From Macrostomum lignano (Eukaryota): a stretch of DNA of 64,000 nt. The notes under the pieces were generated by a model. The model searched no databases, had not been told where the DNA came from, and worked only from the letters and a program-made list of their open reading frames with translations. Shown here one piece after another: positions 40,550 through 51,718 of this stretch; the first letter of the stretch is position 1, and every line of letters begins with the position of its first letter. The DNA is taken from assembly GCA_002269645.1 (NCBI GenBank), contig NIVC01001021.1:313694-377693 (forward strand). Reading direction: 5' to 3'. The position numbers and the translations under genes were made by a program.

Positions 40550-41476
40550 TTAGTGGTCTTTTCCGTTCGACTGCTTTCCAGCAACAACAGCCTGCAACGG
40601 TCCCTGACCGGTGAATGCGGACGGCTCTCGAAACGAGCTGCCCAGACGATCCCAGAGAGTAAAAAACTGGCCATAATTGTAGTTGTAGAACAGGTGGTGA
40701 TCGGTGTGGTGCGCGCTACCATTGATGAAAGGCTTGAGCAGAGTTGGCACCCGGTAATAACCGTCGTGAATTGACACTGTCCACACGTTGACAAACACGA
40801 ACAAGCCCAAGTAGGTGAGCTTGTGCAGCGGAAACAAAAACGGGAAGACGTGATACGGCAGGCTCTGCACAAATCCGTCCAGCGGGTGAAAAGCGTGGCT
40901 AGCGAACGGTGTCGGCACCTTCCAGATGTGATGGCCCTTGTGGATGTGCTTGTACACCAGTTTGTGGTGCAGGAACCGGTGAATCCAATAGATCAGGCAG
41001 TCCGTGAACAAGATGAAGCTGATCACGGTGATGGGCAGGGTCATGTAGCCTGATGAGGGAAATCGGTGACGCCAATATAGTACATTACGAGCATAGTTGC
41101 AGCTAGTGGAAGTTATGCTAACCAAGGGCTCACCCAGTCGAGTGTCCCCGTACGAGTCGTAGAGCTTGGCGTGGCCCCGCACCTCGAAGAAGAACACAGC
41201 AGTGGTGAGCACGCCCATAATAGGTATGGACTTAGACGCATAGGTAATCTCGCGTCTTATCTGATCCTTCAGAATTAACGGATGCTGCAACAGTCGCTTG
41301 TCAAATAAAAGTACATAGCCAAGCCAGGCCGTGGCCAGATACAGAAAGTAGCCGCCGGCTGTCGTGATGACAAACAGGCTGAACAATTGCCTGTAGGGAT
41401 TTGTCGACTCAATGCTAGAAGGATAAACGTAAGGCGTCAATAGCCAATTATCAGCAAAGTCGAGTACAAGGTCCAT
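40550..41476 (-). CDS. SC5D: Sterol C5-desaturase (lathosterol oxidase/ERG3-like); probable 84-nt intron 41133-41050, ~280 aa
   Basis: N-terminus MDLVL..AD...LTPYVYP. His boxes HRFLHH, HKGHH and HHTDHH. Motifs TPFASHAFHPLDG and NYGQFFTLWDR. Confidence 0.93.
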   Translation of the reverse strand: MDLVLDFADNWLLTPYVYPSSIESTNPYRQLFSLFVITTAGGYFLYLATAWLGYVLLFDKRLLQHPLILKDQIRREITYASKSIPIMGVLTTAVFFFEVRGHAKLYDSYGDTRLGEPLVSITSTSCNYARNVLYWRHRFPSSGYMTLPITVISFILFTDCLIYWIHRFLHHKLVYKHIHKGHHIWKVPTPFASHAFHPLDGFVQSLPYHVFPFLFPLHKLTYLGLFVFVNVWTVSIHDGYYRVPTLLKPFINGSAHHTDHHLFYNYNYGQFFTLWDRLGSSFREPSAFTGQGPLQAVVAGKQSNGKDH

Positions 41477-42170
41477 GGCCCTGAGCTTCGTATGGTTTGA
41501 AAACGACTTAAGGAAAATTAACTTGTTAACTAAACCTGTTTTTTAAAACTGTATAATCTCGTGATTTTATAGTTCTATCTTTAACACTAGCGGCCTTGAA
41601 ATTTTCAACTGTGTGTTTTCCTAATTTAGGAGGAAAGAGGCAACTACTGTATAGAAAACAGGCGACGCAGAATGTTCAACTAACTGGCTTCAAATTAATT
41701 TCCTAAGACCTTAGCTCTTTACTGTACAGGCAGGAGAGGTTGCAGAGCGTACATTAAAAAAGGAGAGAGAGAGGTTAGAGAGAGGATGTACGTTGCGATA
41801 ACAGTCCAGCAAACTGTACACCACACTAATTCTCGTCTCGCTGAGGGCAGGGGGTTGCGGCGTACAACAACGTGATATCTACCCGCGACGCTTTAAACTT
41901 TAAAGCTTGTCCTAATTTTTCTACTCACAGTAGTAGTCATCCGATTATTTAACTTTTTGTTTTTATCTATTAACTTTGTTGACTTTTTAATTTTAACTAC
42001 ACGGCTACGTGCATTTTAGTCACGAGTAACGGAAAAAGCCGTTTTTCTCAGGTTTACTTGACCATAGACTAAACTGGAATGCCTTGGACATTCATAGAGC
42101 TTAGCTGCTTGTTAATACTATCGGGTGATTAAATAAGAGAGGTGAATCCCCTCCTGCAAGCTAAGGAAGC

Positions 42171-45131
42171 ATGGACTATTCGAGCTCCGGCAAAATGCTT
42201 GTCAGTGTAAAGAAGCAGCGTAGAAGCATCGTACTGACACCAGCTCTGATTGCCAGCGCAAACAACCTGATGCGCGATGCTGCACAGGACTCGATAGTTA
42301 GAAACAAGTTGCGACGACAAACCCTGTCTAGAATGTTCGAGGCCGTCGATTCGGGTTTGCTGACTTCAGATGTCAAGCGAGGCTTTCTAGAGTTTGCATC
42401 GACTACCGATCTGTCGTATGTTACGGGGGCGAGGCAGTTGAAAACGCTGTGCGGTCACGCAGTTCAAGTGCCTGCTTTTTCAGGCGAAGGAGCTCAGCAA
42501 TTATCGCCTTCGGCCGTAGACTCAGTTTGTCCGGTGCACAGTCTGCTCATGGCTGAGAGTAGCTCATTTTTTGATGCGCTAATTAAGTATTCGAGAAACA
42601 GGTAGGAATGCGCAATTCTCATTTGAATCCTAATATGACTAAGGATATTTAAATTACATCAAATAGTACTTTCGTTTGATATCCTATCTATCGAATAGTC
42701 ACTTACTACATTCAGGTAGAATAAAGCATGCTTGTTTCGGCCCCTAATAGACCTGATGAGAGCTGCAAATGTATATGGATGAAAATACTCTTTTAGTATA
42801 CGGTTTGCAATTAGAAGAAAGAAATTTTAACGTTTTCTCGCAGTCTGCGACGTCACGAGTTGTAAGTGCAATTACAATACAAAAAGCACCGCTTCAATCA
42901 CACTTTTATAGTAACCTTCAGCTTCCGTACGGCGAATGCGGCTTCCTCAAGCAAGAAATTAATGAAATTTTGAACGCGATGATCAACGGAGAGGACGCCA
43001 TTGCCGTTCGTGAGGACAACTGCGTCGATCTTTACCAAGCCGCCGATTACCTGCTCTACCAGGATTTGCGCGTTAAAACGCTTGATTATATCAAGGAGCA
43101 GTGCGCCAGAAACCTGAGCCTCGCCCTCGATATCTGGGCCTTCTCAGAGGTGTACTACCTGCCAGAGCTCAACGGTCTGGCGTTCGACCAGATAATACGC
43201 AGTTTTCCTCGCGCAATTCAGGAGTCGCTATGGCCGCAACTGGAATTCGATATGGTGCACCGGTTGCTGAGCCATCCGGGCATCAACTGCAGCTCAGAGC
43301 TGGCTGTTCTGGACGCCGCTTTGCGTTGGCTTGACGTCGATTGGCCAAAGCGGTCAGCTCACGGCGAGTCTCTGCTGTCCTGCGTTCGTCTTGGTCTAAT
43401 GAATACGAGAGAACTTGGCGTCCTGATGCAGCACGAGATGCTCAGCCGATTTCCTAGTCTGCTGGCGCTTCTGAAATCGTTTCCCAACGTGCCGTCTAAC
43501 CTATTCGACGTCTATCGTCGAAACTCGGACAATCTTGCATTCGCATCCACGCCCCGGGAGCCGCACGAGGCCGTCATGCTGTTCGGCGGCTGGTGCCAAG
43601 AGTTCGGGCCGAGGGCCGCCTGCCAGGTGTTCAATCCGCGCGCCAACACCTGGACAATGTGGTCACCGAATGCGTCCAGACCTTCGAACGACATTGGCCA
43701 AGTGGAGCGACGAGTCTACTCAGGCTGTCTTGTAGTTAACGATGTTCTTCATCTAATTGGCGGTTTCGACGGCGAGAGAGCTCTGAATACGGTGTCGTGC
43801 TACAACTTGAAGACTCAAGCCGGCTGGTACGAGGGCTCCTGCATGATCTACAAGCGGTACTACGTCTGCTGCGCCTCCATCGGCAGCCAAATGTTCGCAA
43901 TTGGCGGCCACAGCGGCGAAACGCAGGACAGATGCGGCGGCCGACTGGACTCGGTGGAGAAGACCAGCGTCGACGACAACAGCTGGCTGCCCGTGGCCAG
44001 CATGCGGACGGTGCGAAGTGACGCTGGTGCCGCTGCGCTTAACGGACGAATCTACGTTGCCGGCGGTTTCAACGGCCAGCAGTACCACGACACCGCCGAA
44101 GTGTACGATCCGGCCACCGATCAGTGGAGCTTCATCAGTCGGATGAACTTCTGTCGTGGCGGCGTATCTCTAGTTGCTATGGGCAACACGCTGTACGCCA
44201 TCGGCGGCAACGACGGCCAAAGTCGATTGGCAGTGGTTGAAGCTTATCAGCACGAGAGCGAAGGTTGGGTGTTCTCGGGAAGGGTGAGCGCCTTTTCTGT
44301 CAATTAATTTTTACCTGTGTAGCCAATTATAACCAGAAAATTCGGCCCTACGGACGCCTGCATTGAAATCCAATTAATTTTGAAATTCAAAGGTTGCTTC
44401 TAAGACTAAGGTTTCATGCATGAACTCCTCTCTATATTTTCAATAAAATTCGAAGCAAAATACGATGCAGAACTATTAGGGCTCATAAACACTGACTGCC
44501 GAATTTTTAATTGAATGCTTAATCCCAAAACTCAGATTCAGTCTATACAGTGTCTGCCTACCTGTATTCTCTTCTACCCTCCTACCTAACCTACTTACCT
44601 ACCTACCTACCTACCCACCTACGTACCTACTACCTACCCACTTAACTTTACTGCCTATGTACCTTGTACCTACCTACATACCTACATACCTACTTACCTA
44701 CTTACCTACCTACCTACCCCTAACTACCTACCTGCCAATATACATCTCAGCTTCGGCGTCAGAAGAGCAACCTGTCCACAGCGGTGCTCGAGGGCGGCAT
44801 CATGGTGATGGGCGGCTGGTCCGATCAGCCCACAGTTGGCATCTTATCCACCGTCGAGAAGTTCAACCCGACCGCAGACGGCGCCACGGAGCAGCTGGCA
44901 GATCTGTCTTACGCAGCGTCGGCCACGTCGGCATGCACAATCGCTGGTCGCGAGCTGATTAAGCGTTACCTAGGCAACCAGCTGCTGCGCGCCTCGAATC
45001 CCTGGCACGTGTCAGCCAGTCCGGCAGCCGCCGGTGAGGCAGCAGCACCCGAGGAGATCAACTCGGAGCCGGAGGGCTCCACTGACACGCATTTCATTCA
45101 GTCATCTCAGGACGCCGACCTGCTCTCGTGA
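42171..45131 (+). CDS. BTB-BACK-Kelch protein (KLHL10-like); exons 42171-42601, 42912-44283 and 44751-45131, ~727 aa
   Basis: BTB-like PVHSLLMAESSSFF, then L.QAADYL, BACK-like SEL.V..AALRW, and six Kelch GG repeats. Introns of phase 2 and 0 join in frame. Confidence 0.88.
44575..44730. repeat. (TACC)n microsatellite in Kelch intron 2
   Basis: Read directly from the sequence. Confidence 0.9.
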
Positions 45132-45680
45132 CACGGGGCAGGTGCAAAATAAATAACGGATTTATTTTTAGCCTTATTTTTGCCAACCCCCACCCCAGTT
45201 GTGGAAATTGCCCCGCAGTGGGCGGCATTGTATTTCGCATTGTCGCCTACCTTATACGAGGACATTAATTTGGTTTTCCTCTACGGTCCGTTTAATAACT
45301 AATCACAAACACAGATGCGTTTTAAACAAAGAGCTAGAGCAGACGCAGTTCTTGGATAATTGTTTTAGTTTTACCATTTTGACTTGTCTCTCCGTCCGTA
45401 CAAAAAATATATCATTCGGCTTGCTTATCAACTGCGCGCTCGATTCCATTTATTCGACTCTTGTCGTTCCTTGTTGTAACAACTTATTTTGCTTCTTCCC
45501 AGCTGTACTAGCTAGATTACGCTTGTTAGTTAGTGGCTTTGGTTAAAGTCTGCGAAGCCGCAAAGATAAAAGATAAAAGCATGTTGAATAGAATTTGGAT
45601 GGTTTCGCATAGTAAACGTCCATATACTAAAAATGGCATTAAAGATTGCATGAACCATAGAAACTCGTTGTCCAAGTATA

Positions 45681-45951
45681 GCTTTTTGCGATTGAATTCA
45701 GCCAAACTGCAAAACCTTTCAGCCAATGGAGATTTTGCCTTCACTTCGGCGGCTTCTACCATAGACTATTTAGGACAGACCGGCTAGCTTTCAGCCTTTC
45801 AGCCTTTCAGCCAAGACTTTCAGTCAGTGATTTTCTCACACAGCTAACCGGTGTGTCCTAAATAGTCTGTGGTAGAAGCCGCCGAAGTGAAGGCAAAATC
45901 TCCAATTGGCTGAAAGGTTTTGCAGTTTGGCCGAATTCAATCACAAAAAGC
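45681..45951. mobile_element. Fold-back MITE with ~110-bp arms, flanked by TA (Tc1/mariner-type?)
   Basis: gctttttgcgattgaattcagccaaactgc... pairs with ...gcagtttggccgaattcaatcacaaaaagc. TA at 45679-80 and 45952-53. Confidence 0.8.
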
Positions 45952-46574
45952 TAAATTCCCCTGTTGCCCGCCAATGCATTCTATGACTTCAAGTATTTCA
46001 TGCAATGTTCGTCCCAGATGTTTATCGCCCCAGGCGTCTGTGAGTTGTCCATGGTAACAATTATCAAAAAACTTTAAAGCTCACTTTCAGGGAGGTTATT
46101 GACATAGATTTTATTTTGCGGGATTTAATCGATAACTTTCCCGGACATATTGCAAGGATTATTGTATGTATCTAAATAAGCGAGCTTCTCTCTTCTCTTC
46201 CTTCGTGACTCGAGAAATTTCTTAATGAAATTTTGTCTATGGTAAGAATGTGGAGGCTTCGCCCCCACACCCCCATCCCCAACTTCAACCATAGACATGC
46301 TCGTACAAGTATGGCTCCAGGATTTATCTGAATACAGCCCGCAAAATTAAAGTAGTGTAAAATAGGATATTCTATGAGTTTGCGGTCGGTATTTATCGAC
46401 CTCAACCCCATAGAACATCTTATACTTATTATCCCGAAAAATTGTTGAATACGAGATGAAACATTTCTTTTCTCGGGAGCTACGGCATACTCGTAATGCG
46501 TCGTCACGTCCGCTGGTCTGGTTCTGTGCGTGACTACGTACACTTATTTGGATCTTGTGCAGGAAAATTTACGC

Positions 46575-47340
46575 CTTGAGTTGTCGTGTGATTCACAGCC
46601 GTGAGGGCCAACCCCCAAGGCACAGAGAGTGTACATGCCTGAGGATTAGAAAATCAGGGCCGCTGTACACCCCACCCCGTACATGCGGGATGTTTTGACT
46701 TAACTTGACTTAGCTGTAGGGTGGTCCGCCGGTCCGTCCTGCAGCGTGATCTTCCGTAGGGAAGAAAGTGGCTCGTCTTGTCGCCCGGAGGAACTGGATG
46801 AGCCGTGGGATGCTGTCGGGCTGGCAGACCTCGTCAATGCACGGGTTCGGCCCGAGGTAGCGTAGCCGGTCTCTGGTAAAGAAGGCGCGGTGACAAACAA
46901 AGTGCTGAGCGTCTTCATTGTCGTACTCGCAAAAAGGGCAAAGTTCGCTCTCGAGGTCACCTCGGAGGAAGCAGTGTCTGGCGAGGTAGCCATGACCGGT
47001 AAAGGTCATGACAAGGGCTCGAATATCCTTCCGATTTTGGTTCAGAAGGACGTTTCTGAGCCTGCGAGAGGGGCACGGAACTGCAGCACGTGATTGCCGG
47101 CAGTTTTGGGTGCCCGCCCATCTGTCCCTGTGAAGAGAATCAGCCCAGCCATCGATCTGACGATTGATGACCGTAGAAGGGATAGGGACCAGGGGGGCAG
47201 GGCCAAAGAAAGAGCCAGAGCCGCCCCTCTTGGCGAGGGTGTCTGCCAGCTCGTTCCCCGGAAACCCGGAATCCACTTCAGCCTGACAGTATTGCTACTG
47301 GCCAGGAGATTGAGCTGCCGGGCGCAATCACGATGTCACT
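46575..47340 (-). mobile_element. 5'-truncated non-LTR retrotransposon (LOA/R1/I-group): RNase H end, CCHC-like C-terminus and 3'UTR
   Basis: DCARQLNLLASSNTVRLKWIPG, then a frameshift, then GFPGNELADTLAK...TGHG.L..H...CPFC....EDAQHFVC. Confidence 0.85.
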
Positions 47341-48034
47341 GAGAGCATTGCGTCAGGTGCCTACAAGCCTCCTGCAATTATTATTATTATATACAGGTGC
47401 GTTGGCCTCTTATGACCATAAGCTATTAACTATTGTCATTAGCCTCAAATTAAAGTGGACAAGCGAGTGCGCGGAATGGAACCCAGGTGGCACCGTTGAG
47501 CTTATTGTGCCTGTTTAATGGCATGCCGACAAGCAAAACTCTACAATTGCAGGTTAGCAGGTGCGTGATCAATGCAGCCTAATAATTATATTTTCCAACT
47601 GATTAAAAAGAGGCGAGTCTCGATATTTGTTCTCGGCCACAAAAATCTCAATAAACAAGCCTTTGATTTAGATCTAATAGCCCTTATTTTCGTTATTGAA
47701 CAACAAGACATCAAAAATTGGCCGATTGAGTGGCAAATAGAGAACGAAATGAACTGAAAAAAATGTTGCTGCCTTTTTGAAAAATACAAAAAGTACAAAG
47801 GCAGCGAGCGAGAGAGAGAGAGAGAGAGAGAGGTAAAGAAATAAAATTGACTGGAGGAGGACGTTTCTTCTCAACTGCTTGGGGTTTTGGTTTTTGTTGT
47901 CTCTGGGTGACTGGATGCGTACTGGCGCCCGGTGATTGGCTGAGGGCCGCGGGTTTCAAGCACAAGTACTGCATGCTTGTCCTTGCTTGAGTGCCTGGGA
48001 ACCAACTCAGAAAAATACTGGGATCCGCCCATTA

Positions 48035-48212
48035 TTATCTATCTTCTCTCTATCCCCTCTCTATCCCCTCTCTATTCCCTCTCTATCCCCTCTCTATCCC
48101 CTCTCTATCCCCTCTCTATCTCCTCTCTATCCCCTCTCTATCCCCTCTCTATCTCCTCTCTATCCCCTCTCTATCCCCTCTCTATCCCCTCTCTATCCCC
48201 TCTCTATCCCCA
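48035..48212. repeat. 11-bp repeat (ctctatcccct)
   Basis: Read directly from the sequence. Confidence 0.92.
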
Positions 48213-48995
48213 TTCCATTCCGAGGGGGAAATATCTATAATCATAAGCTAGAATTCATGCTATAAAATCATTTGCTTTCTAGTAGGTACAGCAGTCACGT
48301 GATGACTCAACGGTCACGTGACGATCGAGAACAGGCTATCAATTAGTTTTAATTCAAGGCCGCCAGCAGGTGCGCCTCAAATTGAGGCTTTTTACTGCGA
48401 CTGCAAAGCGAGAGAAGGCTAATCAAGAGGACGAATATAGCTAAATTTATTCACTTCCTGTCCCCCGCCAAGACTCCAAAGGTAGGGTAGTCACTATGCC
48501 GCAACCAAGGATAACGGAAGCCACTAATCAAGACTGTCCTACATCTATCAATTCAATATAAGAGCTTGATTCTAAGCACGAGGCAGGCAGAAAAAATAGT
48601 TATGGTTAACAGTTGATAGTAAGAGTAAAGGGGAGAAGAGAGACAAGCGAGACAGACTGACTGACAGACAGTTCGAGAGTGAGGTGACTGGATGCAGGTG
48701 GCAGCCAGGATTGGCTGGCTGGGTGCAAGGCAGATGAGCTTTCCGTTGATGACATTGGCGACTGTTCATTAGCTCCCAGCTAGTCGCTCTGCATCCCTGT
48801 AGCTCCTGTGTTTTGTTCTGCTTTTAGCGTCCCGTCTCTGATGGGGGCTGAGAACCAATAGGATTTGCTTGCAGTCTGTTCGAAAACAAACACTAAATAA
48901 AATGCAAAGCGGGTTCTCTTCTTGTTTAGTAATCTCCAAATCTTCAATCTTCGAATTAGTATCAACATAGCAATCGAAATAACATTTGAGTCGTC

Positions 48996-51496
48996 ATGAT
49001 TCTCACACGCGACGCTTTTAGTATCCAAGTGGTGACGGTAAGTTACTCGTAAATCTTCTGAACTGTCAGTCTTTCTGCACAGGTTTTCAATGAGAATACC
49101 TGCATTACATATTGCATCCGACAGTCCTTCAACGTGTCAATCGAATGGCTGAAGGCTGTGATGCAGCGGCACACTGAGCAGTCGAGGCGAATCACGGCGA
49201 ACAACATCGTTCAACTAACTCTGCTATGCATGGTGTTCGTGGCCGGCACAGTGACTAACCTGCACATCTTAGTAACAGTTGCTAGGCAACCGCGTCTGCG
49301 CCGAAAGGTGACCAGCCTGATGCTTAATCAGGCGGCCGCTGGGCTCATCATGACGGTTTACTGCATCCCGGTGAACATGATACGCCTCATCACCAAGTCC
49401 TGGGGTCTGGGCGCCTGGAGCTGCAAAGTGTACATGCTAGCTAATGGTGAGCATTTTCAGCATCTCCTATCTGCTTGTACTTTTATTAACTGTCAATCAA
49501 AACTGATTGAAAAGAACTTATGCAGGCCAAAGTAAACCAGACGCCAGATGGCACTAACAGCTGGAGTCGCTGTAACATTATATTATCTAGATATCTACAT
49601 CTGTCTGTCAGAATCTACTTCTGACAGACATTGGTGTGACTTTTTTAAGTTAAGGGAATAGTTCTTGCGGCATACAGTGGAGTAAGGGATTACTTATTCT
49701 AGACAGGCTAAGATAAGATGGGATTCACAGTTTCTGTACCCAGTGGCCCCAGTAGGATCATTTCATTACGCGGTCAGTGTCTATAGTCTGACAAACAAAA
49801 CTTACCTCGAGCAGTGCCAGTAAAGATAGATAGCTCTCCTTTGACACAGTCGCATCTCTGTTTTACTAATTAGCTCTAATTGACTATTAAAATAATCTGA
49901 CCCATTTTCGTGATTTGCATCCATTTTTACATAGTCTTAAAAAGGATTTTCACGACTCCGTTACGTTGGTCGCTAAATCAGGGGCATTAGCAATTTGCCT
50001 GATGAAAATAATTATAAAGTAGGACATTTCTCTAGCAGCTGTCTGCTTCGAAAGAGAATTATTTTGGGAACATTACCCTTTAGGAACAGGGTTGATTAAC
50101 ATGACGTCCACCCAGACAGTAAAATCACCAAGTGCCTACAAGTGGACCTTTCATTTTGAGTCATTTGAAAATGGGAATTTTCGCTTCATTCCTCATTCCG
50201 TATAAAACTTGTCTATAAATGGGGAAACCTCATCAGTTAGGTTAATTAGTTTTGGGCGCTGCAACAGGTCTCGACCCGCGGCCAGCTGAGGATGCAATTA
50301 GTCATGGCCATTCCAATGTCCCCTGAGCACGCACGCGGCTTCGTACGAAGGCACACGCTAAGACGGATTGTACAGCGGCCCTGACTTTCTCGTCATCGGA
50401 CATGTACTCGTTCTGCGTCTTGGGAGTCGGCCTTCACGGTTGTGAATGACACAAAATCAACCAAAGACTGATTTGTATGCGGAATCGATCCATGCAGGTT
50501 ACCACTGAGCTGTCCCGTCGTAAAACTCGTCATGCTGCATGATTAGAAAGTACTTAGTGTCATCTATTTCTAGTGAGCTACAAAAAAAACAACCGCGATC
50601 CTTTCATCCCTGCAGCATTCGTTGTGCTACTGAACTCGTGCTCCCTAGTCACCATGGCCGTAGCGCACACTCGCCAGAGCCTTCTGCGGGCCAGAGCGCG
50701 ACTCATCTCCGACCGACTGCTGACGGGCCTGCTGCTTGGCAACTGGCTGCTAGCTGGCGTTCTCAGCTCCCCGATGCTGTTTTTCTATTCGCTGCGCCGT
50801 CAGACAATTGGCGTCACAGTTGTGGAACGCAACGGCACCGAGCAATGGAGTCTGGACCAGTTTGAGACGCCGCTGAGCTACTGCACGGAGCAGTGGGTTC
50901 TGCAGGACAAGCAGAAGGTTGTGTCCATCTGCATAATGATCTTGCTGATTGTCTGTCCCGGCCTCGTGTTCACCGTCAGCTACGGTCGTCTGGCTCGACT
51001 GATCAGCCGCCGGCCGTCCTGCAGGCGCGACAACAGCAACGGCAGCGGCAGCAACCGATCCGATGCCAGCGCCAGCAACCGAGCAGCAGCCCTGGCCCTC
51101 ATCAGCAGCAGCCGCAGCTGTCAGGTGCAGCGGGTAGCTAATAACAATCAACACCAGCCGCTGCCGAAGCCACAACCGCAGCAGGGTGCTGCTCGTGTAA
51201 AGCGTCTCATCATCGTCATGGTTGCGTGCTTCTTCCTCTGCTGGTTCCCGAAGTCGCTGCTGATTGTGCTGATTGACTCGCTGGACCTGGCGGGCAGGGA
51301 GAGCCTGTCGTCTGGTTTGACAGCCGGGCTGGAGTACGCTCGCATCCTGGTGTACGCGCACCCGGCCGTGTCAGCTGTGCTCTACTGCAGGATGAGCGTA
51401 GCTTTGAGGCGACTGACCGCCAGATCGATCGAACGATGGCGCGGCAGGATTCGCCACTGCCAGTGCTACTGTTTCGGTTACAGCTGCGGCTATTGA
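48996..51496 (+). CDS. Rhodopsin-like peptide GPCR; exons 48996-49037, 49083-49446 and 50616-51496, ~428 aa
   Basis: TM1 G..TN, TM2 LNQA.A.L....CIP, ECL1 WGLG..SCK, TM4 W, and TM6 FFLCWFP. The phase-1 join g|gtgagc to cag|ca is solid. The first micro-exon and 45-nt intron are less certain. Confidence 0.8.
50369..50460 (+). mobile_element. Isolated homolog of the LINE 3' tail, inside the GPCR intron
   Basis: tgtacagcggccctga...catgtac...ttgggagtcggccttcacggttgtgaatgacac aligns with the reverse complement of 46576-46670. Confidence 0.7.
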
Positions 51497-51564
51497 ACCA
51501 CCGAGGATCGGACGAACTTTTTGGGGTCAGAGTGAGGCTAAGAATAGTGGGGATGGTATTTCGG

Positions 51565-51718
51565 GACAAGTCCAGACGGAATCTGGAGACAAGTCGGGAC
51601 GGAATCTCGAGACAAGTCGGGACGGAATCTCGAGACAAGTCGGGACGGGATCTCTAGACAAGTCGGGACGGGATCTCTAGACAAGTCGGGACGGGATCTC
51701 TAGACAAATCGGGACGCG
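51565..51718. repeat. 23-bp repeat (agacaagtcgggacggaatctcg)
   Basis: About six units downstream of the GPCR stop codon. Confidence 0.88.

Noticed and set aside
43101-44146. Overlapping alternative-frame and antisense ORFs in the Kelch, GPCR, NR and AK genes
   Set aside because: Expected shadow ORFs in GC-rich coding DNA.
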